Source: Octopus vulgaris (taxonomy: Eukaryota). Taken from it: 64,000 bases of DNA. Below, in pieces: positions 24,350 to 39,664 of the stretch. The notes below the pieces were generated by a model that was not told the origin of the DNA, searched no databases, and saw nothing but the letters and a program-made list of their open reading frames with translations. Each line of letters begins with the position of its first letter. Position 1 is the first letter of the stretch. A program made the position numbers and the translations under genes. Where the stretch lies: NCBI GenBank assembly GCA_951406725.2, contig OX597822.1, forward strand, positions 27,714,001-27,778,000. The letters run 5' to 3'.

Positions 24350-24639
24350 ATTCACACTGCCTCGGAATCTGCGATTCGTATATATTATGGAATGTATATT
24401 AATATATTTGATATAATCTACAATAGCTCAAGAGCAGATTTCTTTACTAAGCTGCGTCTAAGTGTTTACATACACTGCATGAATACCATTCGTCCGGTAA
24501 CTATGTACCCAATTTGATAATTACATAATATCGTTTTGTGTGTATATTATTCTGATCTAAAGAGATACCTCAGTATAAGTACCTCATTAAACTGAATCAT
24601 TATATATATACGTTTATATATTTGTTGTGCAAGATTTTT

Positions 24640-24953
24640 TCTGTGAAGTCGTGTGTTGAAACAGATATTGTTATATTTCGGAATGGTCATTTTGCCAGTT
24701 TAGCCAATAAAACCACACGCACTATATAGAAATACAAAATGGCTGACGGTTAGTAAGGAGAGACACAAATAAGAAAGAAGAAAACAAAGGACCACTGATG
24801 CGGTCACAGGAGTGTGACCGAAAGAACTCTGGCCGAAATAAGATCACGATTAATGTGAAAAATAAATAACACTGAAGCAAAGTAACACCAAATATATAGT
24901 GCGTGTGTTTTTATTGGCTAAACTGGCAAGATGACCATTCCGAAATATAACAA

Positions 24954-24958
<5 letters not shown>
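24640..24958. mobile_element. Inverted-repeat element enclosing an HHR-like motif
   Basis: Arms ~24667-24728 / 24894-24955; CCA-CTGATGC-GGTCAC-AGGAGT-GTGACC-GAAAG-AA-CTC-TGG at 24792-24832. Confidence 0.6.
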
Positions 24959-25022
<64 letters not shown>

Positions 25023-25105
25023 ACACACACGCACACACTCGTATACATATATGTAGAAATATATTTATGGATGTAGGATATGGATACATGATATATATAC
25101 ATATA

Positions 25106-25183
<78 letters not shown>

Positions 25184-25560
25184 CACAGGCACGCACAAAC
25201 ACACGCACACACATGTATGTATGCATATAGCATCATCTCTACCACTTCGTTCAGAAGCCACTCGATTTATTTGCTGTGCAGAGGAATCAGACACAGAACC
25301 CTGTTGTTGTCAAGGGAACCACACAGTGATGTACGCGTCCATAGTATATCTTTCAAAAATACTCCAGTTGCAATCTGGATTGACGCCGCTTTTGCAGATA
25401 AGGGGATTAGTGGACAGAGCTTACTTGTAGACACAGTAGCACAACCAGCAAATCTATCAGCGGACAGAAGATCCTTTCAGGACGTGATCTACATAATCAT
25501 TAAAGGGAAAAGGTGATGCATTAAATTTTAAAAAAAACCTTAGTTTTAGAATATATATAT

Positions 25561-25972
25561 ACTCTCTTTTACTCTTTTACTTGTTTCAGTCATTTGACTG
25601 CGGCCATGCTGGAGCACCGCCTTTAGTCGAGCAAATCGACCCCGGGACTTATTCTTTGTAAGCCCAGTACTTATTCTATCAGTCTCTTTTGCCGAACCGC
25701 TAAGTAACGGGGACGTAAACACACCAGCATCGGTTGTCAAGCAATGCTAGGGGGACAAACACAGACACACAAACACACACATATACATATATATATATAC
25801 ATATTTACGACAGGCTTCTATCAGTTTCTGTCTACCAAATCCACTCACAAGGCATTGGTCGGCCCGGGGCTATAGCAGAAGACACTTGCCCAAAGTGCCA
25901 CGCAGTGGGACTGAACCCGGAACCACGTGGTTGGTTAGCAAGCTAATTACCACACAGCCACTCTTGCACCTG
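25561..25972 (-). mobile_element. Family-E SINE, full length with LINE-like tail
   Basis: tRNA head near 25970; 3' tail GGCGGTGCTCCAGCATGGCCGCAGTCAAATGACTGAAACAAGTAAAAGAGTAAAAGAG. Confidence 0.88.
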
Positions 25973-26242
<270 letters not shown>

Positions 26243-26269
26243 TATATATATATATATATATATATATAT

Positions 26270-26900
26270 TACAGGGTTCATAAGGTATTTGAGGACAGAT
26301 TTATGTTTATTAAAAGAAAGCAGATATATGATAACAGATAATAAATTTAATTATCAAAAAATGCTATGAGAATAAAAATAAACCTTTTTTTATGATGTTA
26401 TTCAATAAAGCCAACTTCATCTTCAATAACCGCTTCTATATGAGATCTAAATCAAGTGGTCTTGGTTTATTATGACTTTACTCTGACTATGGCAGCTTTC
26501 AAATGATCTTTGGTATTATGGGCGAGTTCATTGACCTCTCTCTCAAAAACGCCACCCATGTCCAATGGATTGATATCTGTGGAATTAGTAGGCCAAATGT
26601 TAGGGGGAATGTGATCATGAACATTTTCAGCCATCCATTCCTCTTGTTACTAGAGCCATGGACAATATTTCAATCTTACTGAAACACATATGGCCTTCGA
26701 TTTCATATACTGTATATCCAGAGTTTAACAATTATTTTAGGACCTTAATGTAGGCGGCAGAGTTAACTCTAAGGCCTTGTGGAAAGATGTAAGGAGATAT
26801 CATATGTCCTTCATTGCTGACAACTCCTAAACCACGACAGTTGCAGGCAATTTTGTATGCATAACACTTGGAACATCAGAAGACTTTGCACATAACTATC
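26270..26900 (-). mobile_element. Tc1/mariner (maT-like) transposase remnant, 3' half
   Basis: Minus strand ..GVVSNEGH..QGLRVN..EWMAENVHDHIPPNIWPTNSTDINPLD..HNTKDHLKAAI..FRSHIEAVIE; TA-CAGGG terminus. Confidence 0.8.
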
Positions 26901-29872
26901 TCTCATTTCTTATTTATTTATTGCCCACACGGGGCTAAACATAGAGATGATAAGTTTATAAATAATGGTGTGTCAATATTGAATTAAAAAATATAGATGG
27001 AAAAGTCGAATACTGCTCATGGGAATCAAGTAGACATCTTCTGTACACACTGGTAAACGGTCTACCATTGTAATAAGGCAAGTTCCAATGCTCTATCGTA
27101 CTATAGCATATTTCTATAGGTTTTTTACCCAACTATATATTTATACACAGATGTAATGCAATATCATTCCTATCACGATTTTATTCTAGTTTTACCTTTA
27201 TTTACTCAAATTTTTTCTCACGTTTTAGAATTTACGACTTGAATTCTTGTTTAGCTTATTTATTGCTACTTGAATTTAAGTTATCAGGGAAACAAAACGA
27301 TCGTTGGAAAGACAGCTCCACAATAATCATTTTGATTCTCTGCATGCTGGCTTCAAACCAATATACCGATGTCGACTTCGTCTTTCACCCATTCGAGGAC
27401 GATGAAATAAATACCAATTTGAGGACGTATTTTGGTATTTGTTGAGGTGCATTGCGTACTAAGTTTGACCCCTTCTTAGCCAACTTTGGTGGTAGATATA
27501 ATACATCTTCGCCTTAACGCCACCAATTATCTATGTATAGTATGTAGCAAGCTTTCAGGCCAGGTCTTCTTCGCCCCATCTCGGGCGATGGCCATGACCC
27601 AATACCAGGCCTTCAATGCTTGAAGGGCTTGTAATGGGTTATGCCCATCATCTTAGATCCTGACAAAGCATTTAAATCACTTTCTAATAAGATTAATACG
27701 CTTGCTTTCCCAGCTGAGCAACCAGAAGATTTTTATAGGAATACTTTAAAGACTATCTCTTTCAGCTGTGTATGTACATGTTATTTATTGACGTAGTTAG
27801 GGGACGTTCTTACCACTCGAAGACAAAAGCATTTAAAGAGTACCCGTCTTTATTAACAAGCACAAGCCAGAATGATTTTTAGTTCTCTTAACACGCATGC
27901 TGCCTTTATTAGTCCTTTCCTACTGTCTTTGCAGAATGTAATGAAGCTGGACGCTAGTTGAACAAATGGCGGTATCTTTTTTGTATAATGTCAATTTATA
28001 CTGTTGAGATAGCTGTTGGCTTTATACAAAATCTCAGTGAAGCCAAGAAAGGAATACTGCTCTTGTATCTGGGACGCTGCTGCTATTATACTAATAAATG
28101 CCTTAGACCAGACGCAAGAAAGAAGGTAACCCACCGGATTGACAAGAAGTTGGTAAAGAACACAGTCAAAAATGTGTCACTTGCTGTTTTCTCTGATACT
28201 ACTACAGTTGCTTCTTTTCATTGAATCAGTATATGTCGTGTACTTCTGTCTTTGGTAAATTAATCTCTCTTTGATTGTTATTATTGTTCATATTGTTGTG
28301 GGAATGCGGCGGATTAGCAACGTCGTTATAGCTTTGGTTTGGTTGGCTAGCACATCTCAGCGCACTGATTTCAAACCCAACGGAGATAACTGAATGCTCT
28401 CATTTATAGAGGCCTATATATGAAGAACCACTCCAGAGCAAGAGATTAGTGGAGTTATTTTCTGGTACTTGCATATGTATAGTTTAATGATAAGAGAGTA
28501 TGTAAACGAGCCAAGTAGCCGTTAGCTACTACTTTTTTCTTTGCCAGAATTTTAAAACCTTGAACTATATTGTCTCCTATTACTTCTTTTTAAATAAAGT
28601 ACAGTCTAATATACATCAGTTTTGAATGTTTTATTAGACTGAGAATAAATTCTCCATTGTTGTTTCACGTATATGGCATTTATATACTATATGTTTATAT
28701 ATGTAGGTATCTATACTGAGATCAGTGGATATCTATTTCCACTCCAGCCTGCAGAAATATTACGTATTTCACTAAGATATAGTTTTACAAGGCAAGACTT
28801 GTTATCTAGCATTATTATATATTGACTAATATGTTCATAGTTGATTGAAAAAACAAACACATCTAATAATGCTTATCCATAACACTCTGCAGGTGGGAAT
28901 TGCATTAAAATCACCAACACAATCAAATTTGGCTTGTCAAGCAGACTGATCTTGTCTATTTAGGTGACACCCACCAAGAGTACATTCACTTGAAAGCCAA
29001 TCATGACCGAATATCTCCGAATTATGGTAGAAACAATGAACATGATTATGTCTGCACATATTGAATACACGGTCAATATAAACTATAGAATTAAAGTTAC
29101 GTTTTCAAAATCTAGCAACATTTCATCCGCTTGCAGTGAATGTAATGTGGCAATGAGTAATCTAATATCTGGATGATCTGCTTTAGCAAAAGTGGACCAT
29201 TGCCAAAAGCATCAACCAATAGTGGACGGGCATATCTATTTGGCAAAGACTCAAATAATTTCAAATGAGTGTAAAGTATGAAAGCTCTAATTTGGCAATA
29301 CTGAAAATGATATTACTGGTTTTGTTCTGGACGCTACTGAATAAAATGAAGCAAACACCTTAATATAATTAATCAAAGAAAGACGAAAACCTTTGTGCCT
29401 TTATGAACTCCATTATTCACTCCACCCGAAATAGTAAATTGAATTTGAAACATAATAAAATTACAAGAACCTTATTAACGAAATAAATATGCTGTGGGAA
29501 ACCAGCATAGAACAGTTATTAATTAGTGTATTGGATACTGGAAAGAAAATCAATATATAGGAACCCAAATAGGGTTACATCTCAAAAACGAAACCTAATC
29601 AATATCCAGAATGAAAATTTAAACCCAATTTTTAACAGCGTTTGTATGCCTAGGTGGTTGCGTTTTATCTTAAATATAATCAAGAATGTGACTATATACA
29701 ACTCTGAATACATGTATGAACTGTTATTTAAGTGTACCCTAATATACATAAATACGTATATACATACAAATCCCAACTCACAGACATATACATAGGTAGT
29801 CAGATGAATATAACTATATATGCATGCATGCATACATACATACATACAAACATACATACATACATACATACA

Positions 29873-29960
<88 letters not shown>

Positions 29961-30394
29961 GGAATTGTGGTATGTGGGGTCCTCAATTTTTATACAAAAA
30001 CTTTTACATCTCGATATAATTTTTCCGCTATTCCATCGTCATTAGTTGAAGCGTAAGTTTGGCTGACTAAAATGATATATCGCTTTTGTTAGATGGTATT
30101 TTGCTCACTTTCTCATGGTCCACTTAGCAGAACAGAAGCCCCAAACTACGTTGTTATGATGGAAACTTCATATAACCACATTGCTGCAGAATCAAGTGCT
30201 TTTGTACATTATTACAACACACTTGTTTTCGTTGTATATTATTTTTATCGATAAATTTATCGCACGATTAAATTACACTTCTTGAAAAGAAATGATGTAA
30301 CACGGAATATGTTGAAGACGAGAAAACGGAAACGTACGCACACACATGTACACACTAATAAAAAGACACACACACATGAATGCAAACAACTTCT

Positions 30395-31290
30395 ACATGC
30401 AAGTACTACCAGTCGCATACAGGAAGCCAGCAACTGTATGGGGTCATTAGGAGAGAATGCGCGCCGTTTCGGGGCCTACTTCTCGACGGCATCAATGCGC
30501 ACCGGCTCCTCTCACTGATATGAGGCCCCGCTTGCTAGATCAACTGGTTATCAAATAAAGCTCAATATTCTTCTAGCCATCGCTCATCGTCTCTTTTTAA
30601 CCAAATCCAGTGGCTAGCCTTCTCCACTGTAGTTTGGATATCGGTCATGGTGGTATTGAATTTACGATGATTGAGGCCTAACGATACCAGTGTCCAACAA
30701 ACCCTCTACATCCAACTTCTATTGGAAAATGCTCCGCTTTCCAGTCTGCGTCTTCACATTCCTCGATGAGGGTTACATAACGGTCAATCTTTCGAGCCCG
30801 AGCGGCGTCCATGTTATCTTCATGAGGAACCGTTAACTGGACTAGATTTACGATTTTCCTTTATTCACACCACATTAAAATATCCGGCTTTTTCGTACCT
30901 GGGCACCCAGGTAAACCTGCAGTCACCTCCCAATTGCCGTTCCACTTTTCATCTCTCACAGGAAGTTTCTTGTTCTTCTTCTTGAAACGGATCCACTGAC
31001 CTGAGCGCACGAAGGTAACGAAATCTCTAGTTAGTACTTTCAAAGGTTATTTCTCAGTGTTGTTGAGAGGAATTTGGTTCTTTATAGCATTGAAGATAAC
31101 CTTAAGGACCAAGTTGTGCTTCCATGTGTACCTGTTCACTGTTAAGGAACAGTTGGAAAGAATATGTTTCAGTGTTCTGACCTTTCCGCATTTGCATATG
31201 CCATTCTCTGAGACGTTCCATCTAACTAGATTCGTAGGTGATAACAAAACATCATAGGATGAACGAATCAGAAAACTTTGACCTAATCAT
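30395..31290 (-). mobile_element. RLE-type non-LTR retrotransposon remnant (HERO-like)
   Basis: LSPTNLVRW..CKCGK..TLKHILSNC...RYTWKHNLVL (CCHC knuckle); KPDILMW..LTVPHEDN...ARKIDRY..L..EC...W..FPIEVGCRGF (PD-(D/E)xK endonuclease); stops and frameshifts present. Confidence 0.82.
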
Positions 31291-31549
31291 ATATAGACCT
31301 AGTCATTCACTTTATCACTAGATGTAGCAAAGAGGAAAAATGCCAAATGCTAGTGACCAATGAATATAAGCAGCCATTCAGATCTGTCGTGTGATATAAA
31401 TTCTACTGGGAGGAGAACGATTAAATACGTAGTAACACATAGCTTTCAATGCAGTAAATACGTGGAATGGTGCTCGAGGAAATAGTAATATATGTATAAA
31501 GAGTGATATATATGCATATATATTCATAAATATACTTACATACACATGA

Positions 31550-31580
<31 letters not shown>

Positions 31581-31716
31581 CACACAAAAATACACACACG
31601 CACACACAAACACATGACATATATATATATGTATATCAACCTCTGAAAGGGTAATTAAACCTTCGGTTCTGTCTCTCGAATCGAGACAACGAGGACTTGA
31701 GAGATCTTACAACCTC

Positions 31717-31750
<34 letters not shown>

Positions 31751-31753
<3 letters not shown>

Positions 31754-32105
31754 AGCTACGATACAGGGACGTGTGCAAGCGCGACCTGAGGACTGCCAAC
31801 ATCTGTGTGGACACGTGGGGGGAAACAGCTGCTGACTGCTCTGCCTGGCTTCGGACGGTGAGGAAAGGCGTTTCCATGGCTGAGGAAAGGAGAGCACAGC
31901 TGTGGTTGGACAGGCGGGACAGGAGGAGGACAACTGCAGCAACACCCCACACGTACCCATCGATGTTCGTGTGCAGCAACTGTACCAAGGACTGCCACTC
32001 CAGAATTGGACTGTTCAGTCACAGCAGACGCTGCACATCATCAAAGTAGGCCCCACCCTTGGCGCAACCCATTGTCTATCAAGACAGACGGGGAAAAGAA
32101 GAAGA

Positions 32106-32107
<2 letters not shown>
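31751..32107 (+). mobile_element. RTE (BovB-like) LINE 3' fragment
   Basis: LRYRDVCKRDL..W..AA..SAW..V..G..FVCSNCTKDCHSRIGLFSHSRRC*; short UTR and (GAA)n tail; inserted in (TA)n. Confidence 0.88.
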
Positions 32108-32172
<65 letters not shown>

Positions 32173-32466
32173 TTACCCGTATCACTGGCATTGGAAAAAA
32201 GACAGGTTGTAAGCTCTCTCAAGTCCTCGTTGTCTCGATTCATAAATATACATAATATATGTATATAATTAAGAGAAATAAACTCTATTAAGCAACTCAA
32301 TAGTGAAATTTATTTTATTTATTGATTTTTTAAATAATATGTATTATAGTATATTTAATTATAGTATATTTAAATTTTTTCTATATAGAATGGAAATGTC
32401 TTTCACTATTGAATTACTTAATAGAGGTTAATTCTTTTAGTTATATATATATATATATATATATAT

Positions 32467-32903
32467 CGCTAGTACTGGGTGTCTGGCATGGTTTGTCCGA
32501 TGTTACAGATATCGGACGGGTATGTTTGATTCTTAGTATTTTCAAATCTAAATCAGAAGAAATCTCTGAACTGATGAAGGAAAAGTGGCGTTTTACCCAC
32601 AAATCCAGAAACAGACTGTCCTCGGGTATCGTATATGGATGTGATCTTTCATTGTTTTTCCCTTATACCTATGTGAGTTATTTTTCTGAGTATGCATTGT
32701 CTGGAGACTTTTATTTGCAGTTGAAGAAATAGCCAATTTTTGGCTGCTATTTCTGAAAAGTTCGGTGTATGGTAAAGTGAATTCTTTTACTTTACCATAT
32801 TTTTATAAATTAATACTTCAAATATACCGTAAATGGTCTTTACATACCGAATACTGCTTGGTCGAATTTATTAACAATTAATTAATTCGACCCCTTTTTT
32901 GAT

Positions 32904-32907
<4 letters not shown>
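32467..32907 (+). mobile_element. HHR family C element (third copy) between (TA)n
   Basis: Collinear with 17575-17940 and 20240-20600, including the 3' end AATTAATTAATT..ACCCC. Confidence 0.75.
32566..32625 (+). ncRNA. Type I hammerhead ribozyme (predicted)
   Basis: CTGAA-CTGATGA-A-GGA..TCC-A-GAAAC-AGACT-GTC-CTCGG; GUC cleavage after 32620; stem I has one mismatch and one wobble. Confidence 0.75.
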
Positions 32908-32986
<79 letters not shown>

Positions 32987-33014
32987 AATATATATATATA
33001 TATGCGTGTGTGAT

Positions 33015-33046
<32 letters not shown>

Positions 33047-33152
33047 CATATATATATATACATAAATATATATATATATATTTATATATTTATATATTTA
33101 TATATATACATATATATATATTTATATATATATATATACATATATATATATT

Positions 33153-33187
<35 letters not shown>

Positions 33188-33206
33188 TATATATTATATT
33201 ATATAT

Positions 33207-34712
<1,506 letters not shown>

Positions 34713-34782
34713 CATATATATATATATATACATATATATATATTATACATATATATATATATTATACATATATATATATATT

Positions 34783-34836
<54 letters not shown>

Positions 34837-34887
34837 GTGTGTGTGTATGTACGTATATGTATATGTATATGTATATATATATATATA

Positions 34888-35261
34888 CAGGCTGATTAGA
34901 AAATCGCCATACATAGGAACAATTTATCTTTTTCATAAGAAACAGTTTATATGAACAGTTTTTTTTTATTTTAACAGTCTCTATATGGCTATTATTGTTT
35001 TGAATACACATTGCAATATGTTTACCCCACTCATTGTGAACTCATAATAGCACATCTGGTGATACGTGTGCAAATGAGTTGGTGATGCGTTCCTTCAAAT
35101 GCTTCATGTTTTTTTATCTTTCTGCGATACACCGTGCCTTTCAAATGCTCTGAAAGATAGAAATCAAGAGGGGTCAGATTAGGGATCTAGGGGATCTTAT
35201 AAACTGTCTCTCATAAAAGAAATACATGTTTCCTACGTATGGAGATTTTTTAATCATCCTG
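34888..35261 (-). mobile_element. Tc1/mariner internal-deletion MITE
   Basis: TIRs CAGGCTGATTAGAAAATCGCCATACATAGGAAC / GTTTCCTACGTATGGAGATTTTTTAATCATCCTG, TA TSD; internal ..LTPLDF motif on the minus strand. Confidence 0.8.
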
Positions 35262-36661
35262 TATACATTTGTGCACACGTGAGACCTGGCTAGCTTCCAT
35301 ATGCTCCTGGTACCCTGCCTTACAGTAAATCTCTCAGAGTGTGAAAGAAGGTCATAGAAAAAATTTTTTTAAAATCACTGATAGGTCATATCTGTAAAAT
35401 ACTGAGACCCTTTAACTTTATCTGTGTAATGATATATGACAAAAATCAATTGCCATTTTAGATCGCCCAGTTCTCAGGACGAAGATACACATGCAAAAAC
35501 AAAAGTAAATTATGTGAACATTTCGTTATAGCTAGACTTTAAGGACCCAAGGATCCTTCGTCAATCGAGAAAAGTAGAGCAATAACTTGACGTAGAGATA
35601 TTCTTGACGTGCTATCGAAAGGAGTTGGGCAAAATGTGGAGAGTGTGCGACAAGTAGCAGACACATAACATGGTTTCATCGGGAGAACTATAAGCATGGA
35701 ATGATTGTGTTGCATAAATATTTCCCAAATAAATAACACATTGCTTAACGATTTCCACCTGAATGTGTACAATAAGACATGACGTTAATCTATATATCAT
35801 TTTACTCAACAAATTCACTCGTCAACTACCTGTGCTGAAAAGGTGGAGAAATTATACAAGATACAATTTTTTGTTTTGGAGGAAACAAAAACAAAAGAAA
35901 AAGACATATTTACAAATCAAGGCCTGGGAATGCACATATTAAAACAGTTACTTGTGATATTTAGAAAAGTTGGTAAATGTTATTTGGAAGAAAAGAAAAA
36001 AAGAAAACTAACCACGGGGGAGGAAGATTATTGAAATTTGCTAAGCTTTATAAACTTGTTATAGGAAATGCGTCAGCAGAACTCGTCAAAACAATAACAT
36101 TACATCACCTAGAGTGATATATAATAAGCAAATCAATTTCATTTTCATCCCCAGCAGATATCAATCAATTATAAACGGAACTAAACCTCGAGGTTTTGGA
36201 GGTATAATGATCACGAACTTTACATGCTGACAAATTAAGTCACGTAAAATCAAAATGTGAGAATAGAATAGTCTCGAAAAATTGAAAGTCCTCAATAAAG
36301 CAATATAATTTTTAGCACATATATTATTTTAAGTCATTTCATATTGCTTTTGCGGATGTGCATGGCTTAGTGGTTAAAGTGTTGCACTCATGCCTAGAAG
36401 AGTGTGGCATCGATTCCTGATCAGGTGTGTGATCAGGCCTATGAATTGAATCGTGTTAAGTACGGGAGTCTTTCGTAAGATTGCAAGCAGGAAATGACAT
36501 TCATGGCTTTTCGCAGTAGATGTTGGCGTAGAGAATTCTCTGCCTAGTCACTATGGAATGTGCTTACAGCCATTAGGCTACGTGTATATATATACACATA
36601 TGTATCGATATATATGTGTTTGAGCGTACGTGTAGATATATTTTACGTGGTATATATATAC

Positions 36662-36845
36662 ATAGAGTGAGAATTTACAAAAAAAAAACCAAAACGACGA
36701 AGACGGGTGTGTAAACAATAATGTATTAGTTAACTAACGCTCGGGAACTGAGAAAGCCTTTTACATTTTGAGCCTACGCTCTTCGATAGAAAGGAACACA
36801 GAAATAAACAGGAACAGAAAATGGAAAAAGGTTTAGTGGCTACCG

Positions 36846-36848
<3 letters not shown>
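36662..36848 (-). mobile_element. Family A PLE-like short element
   Basis: Minus strand CTTTCTATCGAAGAGCGTAGGCTCAAAATGTAAAAGG. Confidence 0.6.
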
Positions 36849-36906
<58 letters not shown>

Positions 36907-37644
36907 TGTGTGTGTATGTATGTATGTATTTATATATGATTTAAAATGCCACCTTCTTTTGTTAAATTTGTTTCTTGGAGATAGATATTGTTTTCGATTA
37001 CTCGTTGCATATATAACACATACTTTAACTGGCTTATATTCATTTTGCTAATATTATCATCACTTGTGCTATGAATATGTCACATTCAAGTCACTGAATT
37101 CAATATTCATCACGTCACTGGGATTTGCAGTTAATTAAAATTTTGAAGTAACTAGAGGGCAATTTGCAAATTTACTTCCTCTTCATTACTGTTGCTCAAG
37201 ATTTTAATGACTTAGTCTGCCTTCTGTTAGTATGTACGCTGCTAGATATATCTTCACTAATCCGTTGAGGACGATCATTGTAAAAACTAATAAGACTTTT
37301 CTCAGCATGTACTTCATAGTTCAAAGCCTCGAGAGGAGAGGTCACATTACAGTCCTGTTTCAGTAATTTCTATTCAAATAAATGAAGTTGAAACCACAAG
37401 TGTATGTGTTCGACCTATCAAAAATACCATCCAACTCCCACTTATTGATATTTCACCGTCTTGGAAACAGAAGGTTGCATTGAATTATGTATCCATCAAG
37501 CAATATTAATTTATCACTGTTAGAATAATTAATGTCTGCTAAATCAGAGTTCCTTGGTATGAATTAGTAACGATCCTTTATGTTCCACGGCAAATTGTAA
37601 ACACTATGAACACATATTATATGGCAGTAAATAATCACTTTACG

Positions 37645-37865
37645 TTTTGGCACAAAACCAGCAATTTTAGGGTTGGAGATTGAGTTGGTCAATTACATTG
37701 CACCACTGCACACCTAGTACTTGACTGTACTTTATTTTACCGACCCCGAAGAAATGAATTGCAAAGTTGACCTCCGCCAGGTTTGAAGTTAGTACATACA
37801 TACATTGCTGGAAGAAATCACACTAAATCTTTTATCGGACGTACTAACGAATCTGTCTCTTCACT
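37645..37865 (-). mobile_element. Family-B SINE, degenerate
   Basis: ACCGACCCCGAAGAAATGAATTGCAAAGTTGACCTCCG. Confidence 0.55.
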
Positions 37866-38264
37866 GTCTTCATCCACCGAATTGATAATATGTGTTAAGG
37901 AATTTTATAACAAACAGATCAAATATTATTATAGTCTTTATAACAGTAATTCCCTTCATTTTCCTCAATGCTTCTTAGAAATGTTTGTTTTTATAACTCA
38001 CACACATGTGGAGAAATTGGATGCAGTACACTTTTGTTTTATGAGTAGAGTAGAGTTATTTATATTGACTTCAGTACATGGATGGTACTTATGTTAGCGG
38101 TATAGTCGTTTAAAAATCTTAAAATCAAAACTCAATGAAATATTGAATTCAGAATGTAAATGGAGATGACTGAATTTCACATAGATTGAAACTTAACTTC
38201 TCACCTTTCCCTGAAGCTGGTTACTGGCAAATTGATAGTAACGGGAAAAGTATAAAAGCAAGAA

Positions 38265-38675
38265 AAGCAGGAACGCAGAAAGGTATAGCTGTTCAGTCAA
38301 GAAAAATTTGCTTCGCAACTACATGGTTTCGACTTCAGTGTCATTCTACCGCATCTTTGGTAATATGTTTTCTACTATAGCAACACTCTGACTTTTGCAT
38401 TCTGAGATAATTTTGTAGAGGAAATCTGTATAGAATATCATAGTACAAATATAAATATATGTGAGGTGTCTTTATATTACTGCTTTACAGTTTGACTATC
38501 CAAACGATTTTGATTTGTTTACGTCCTCGCGTCTTAGCGGTTCAGCAAACAGAATCAAAAGAATTAGTACTAAACTTGAACCAAATAAGTACGGATCTTT
38601 ATTCGATTGACTAATGTCTGGGAGACCGTGCCTTATAATGGCTGCAGTCCAAAAACTGAAGCAAATAGAACACGA
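38265..38675 (+). mobile_element. Family-E SINE, old and degenerate
   Basis: CAACTACATGGTTTCG..TTCTACTATAGC..CTTAGCGGTTCAGCAAA..ATGGCTGCAGTCC..ACTGAAGCAA. Confidence 0.6.
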
Positions 38676-38709
38676 GTGTTTAAGACGAGGAAATGTTTAT
38701 ATGTATGAA

Positions 38710-38808
38710 TGTATGTATGTATGTATGTATGTATGTATGTATGTATGTATGTATGTATGTATGTATGTATGCATAGATAGATAGATAAATATATTGATAG
38801 ATAGATAT

Positions 38809-38841
<33 letters not shown>

Positions 38842-38842
38842 C

Positions 38843-38898
<56 letters not shown>
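38710..38898. repeat. (TATG)n + (TAGA)n microsatellites
   Basis: Direct reading. Confidence 0.95.
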
Positions 38899-38901
<3 letters not shown>

Positions 38902-39664
38902 TAGATATGTACGTATATAAAAAGATATGTACGTACGTACGTTACGTATGTAACTATGTGTATATGTATGTATTTAAGAGAAGCAGAGAGAGTAAAAGAG
39001 AAAAAATAATTAGCTAAAGGAAACGGAAGAGGGTGATATAAATCAGGAAAAGAGAAAATTATAATTTTTCAAAAGAAAATAGCAATGAAGGAAAAAAAAA
39101 TTCGATAACAATATTTTTGGTAAAAATAATTAAATAATAATTGGAAAAGGAAATTTTATGTTTTGTGTGGCATTGATTAATGCAGACAGTTTAAAATGTC
39201 ACGTGACTATCACTTATTTCACTTAATTATATTCATTCTGTGACAGTCATTTTCACTAAAACCTCGTTGATTGGTTTCTTTTGTGTGAAATATAGCAGAG
39301 GAACATGACCCTTATACACACTGCGATATCATACGAAACTAGTGACCATCACAAAGCACAAACAAAAAAGGAAAAACTGCCCATGATGTGATCAGTGATA
39401 GATTAAGATTTTTATCAGCCAATATGACAAATTATGTTAATTTGAGTGGAAGTCTGAGGATGTAGATTGTACCTTCCTACCTTCCAAAAGACAAAAAGTA
39501 ACGGTTATCTTTTATATTTTACTCATTTCAGTCATAGAACTCCGGCCAAAATAGGGCATTACGATCAACGGTTCATTTTATCAAATCCACCCCAGTATAT
39601 ACTTCTATATTCCTTGTACTTATTCTATCCGTCTCTTGTGCAAAACCACCAGGGCCGTGAAGAA

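Noticed and set aside
25220-25516. Non-repetitive C-terminal part of ORF 25013-25516
   Set aside because: No recognisable domain; the ORF start lies in microsatellite.
27450-29400. Higher-complexity sequence as possible exons or old TE (similarly 35480-36130, 42200-42850, 54100-54480)
   Set aside because: Could not assign any motif by eye; needs a database search.
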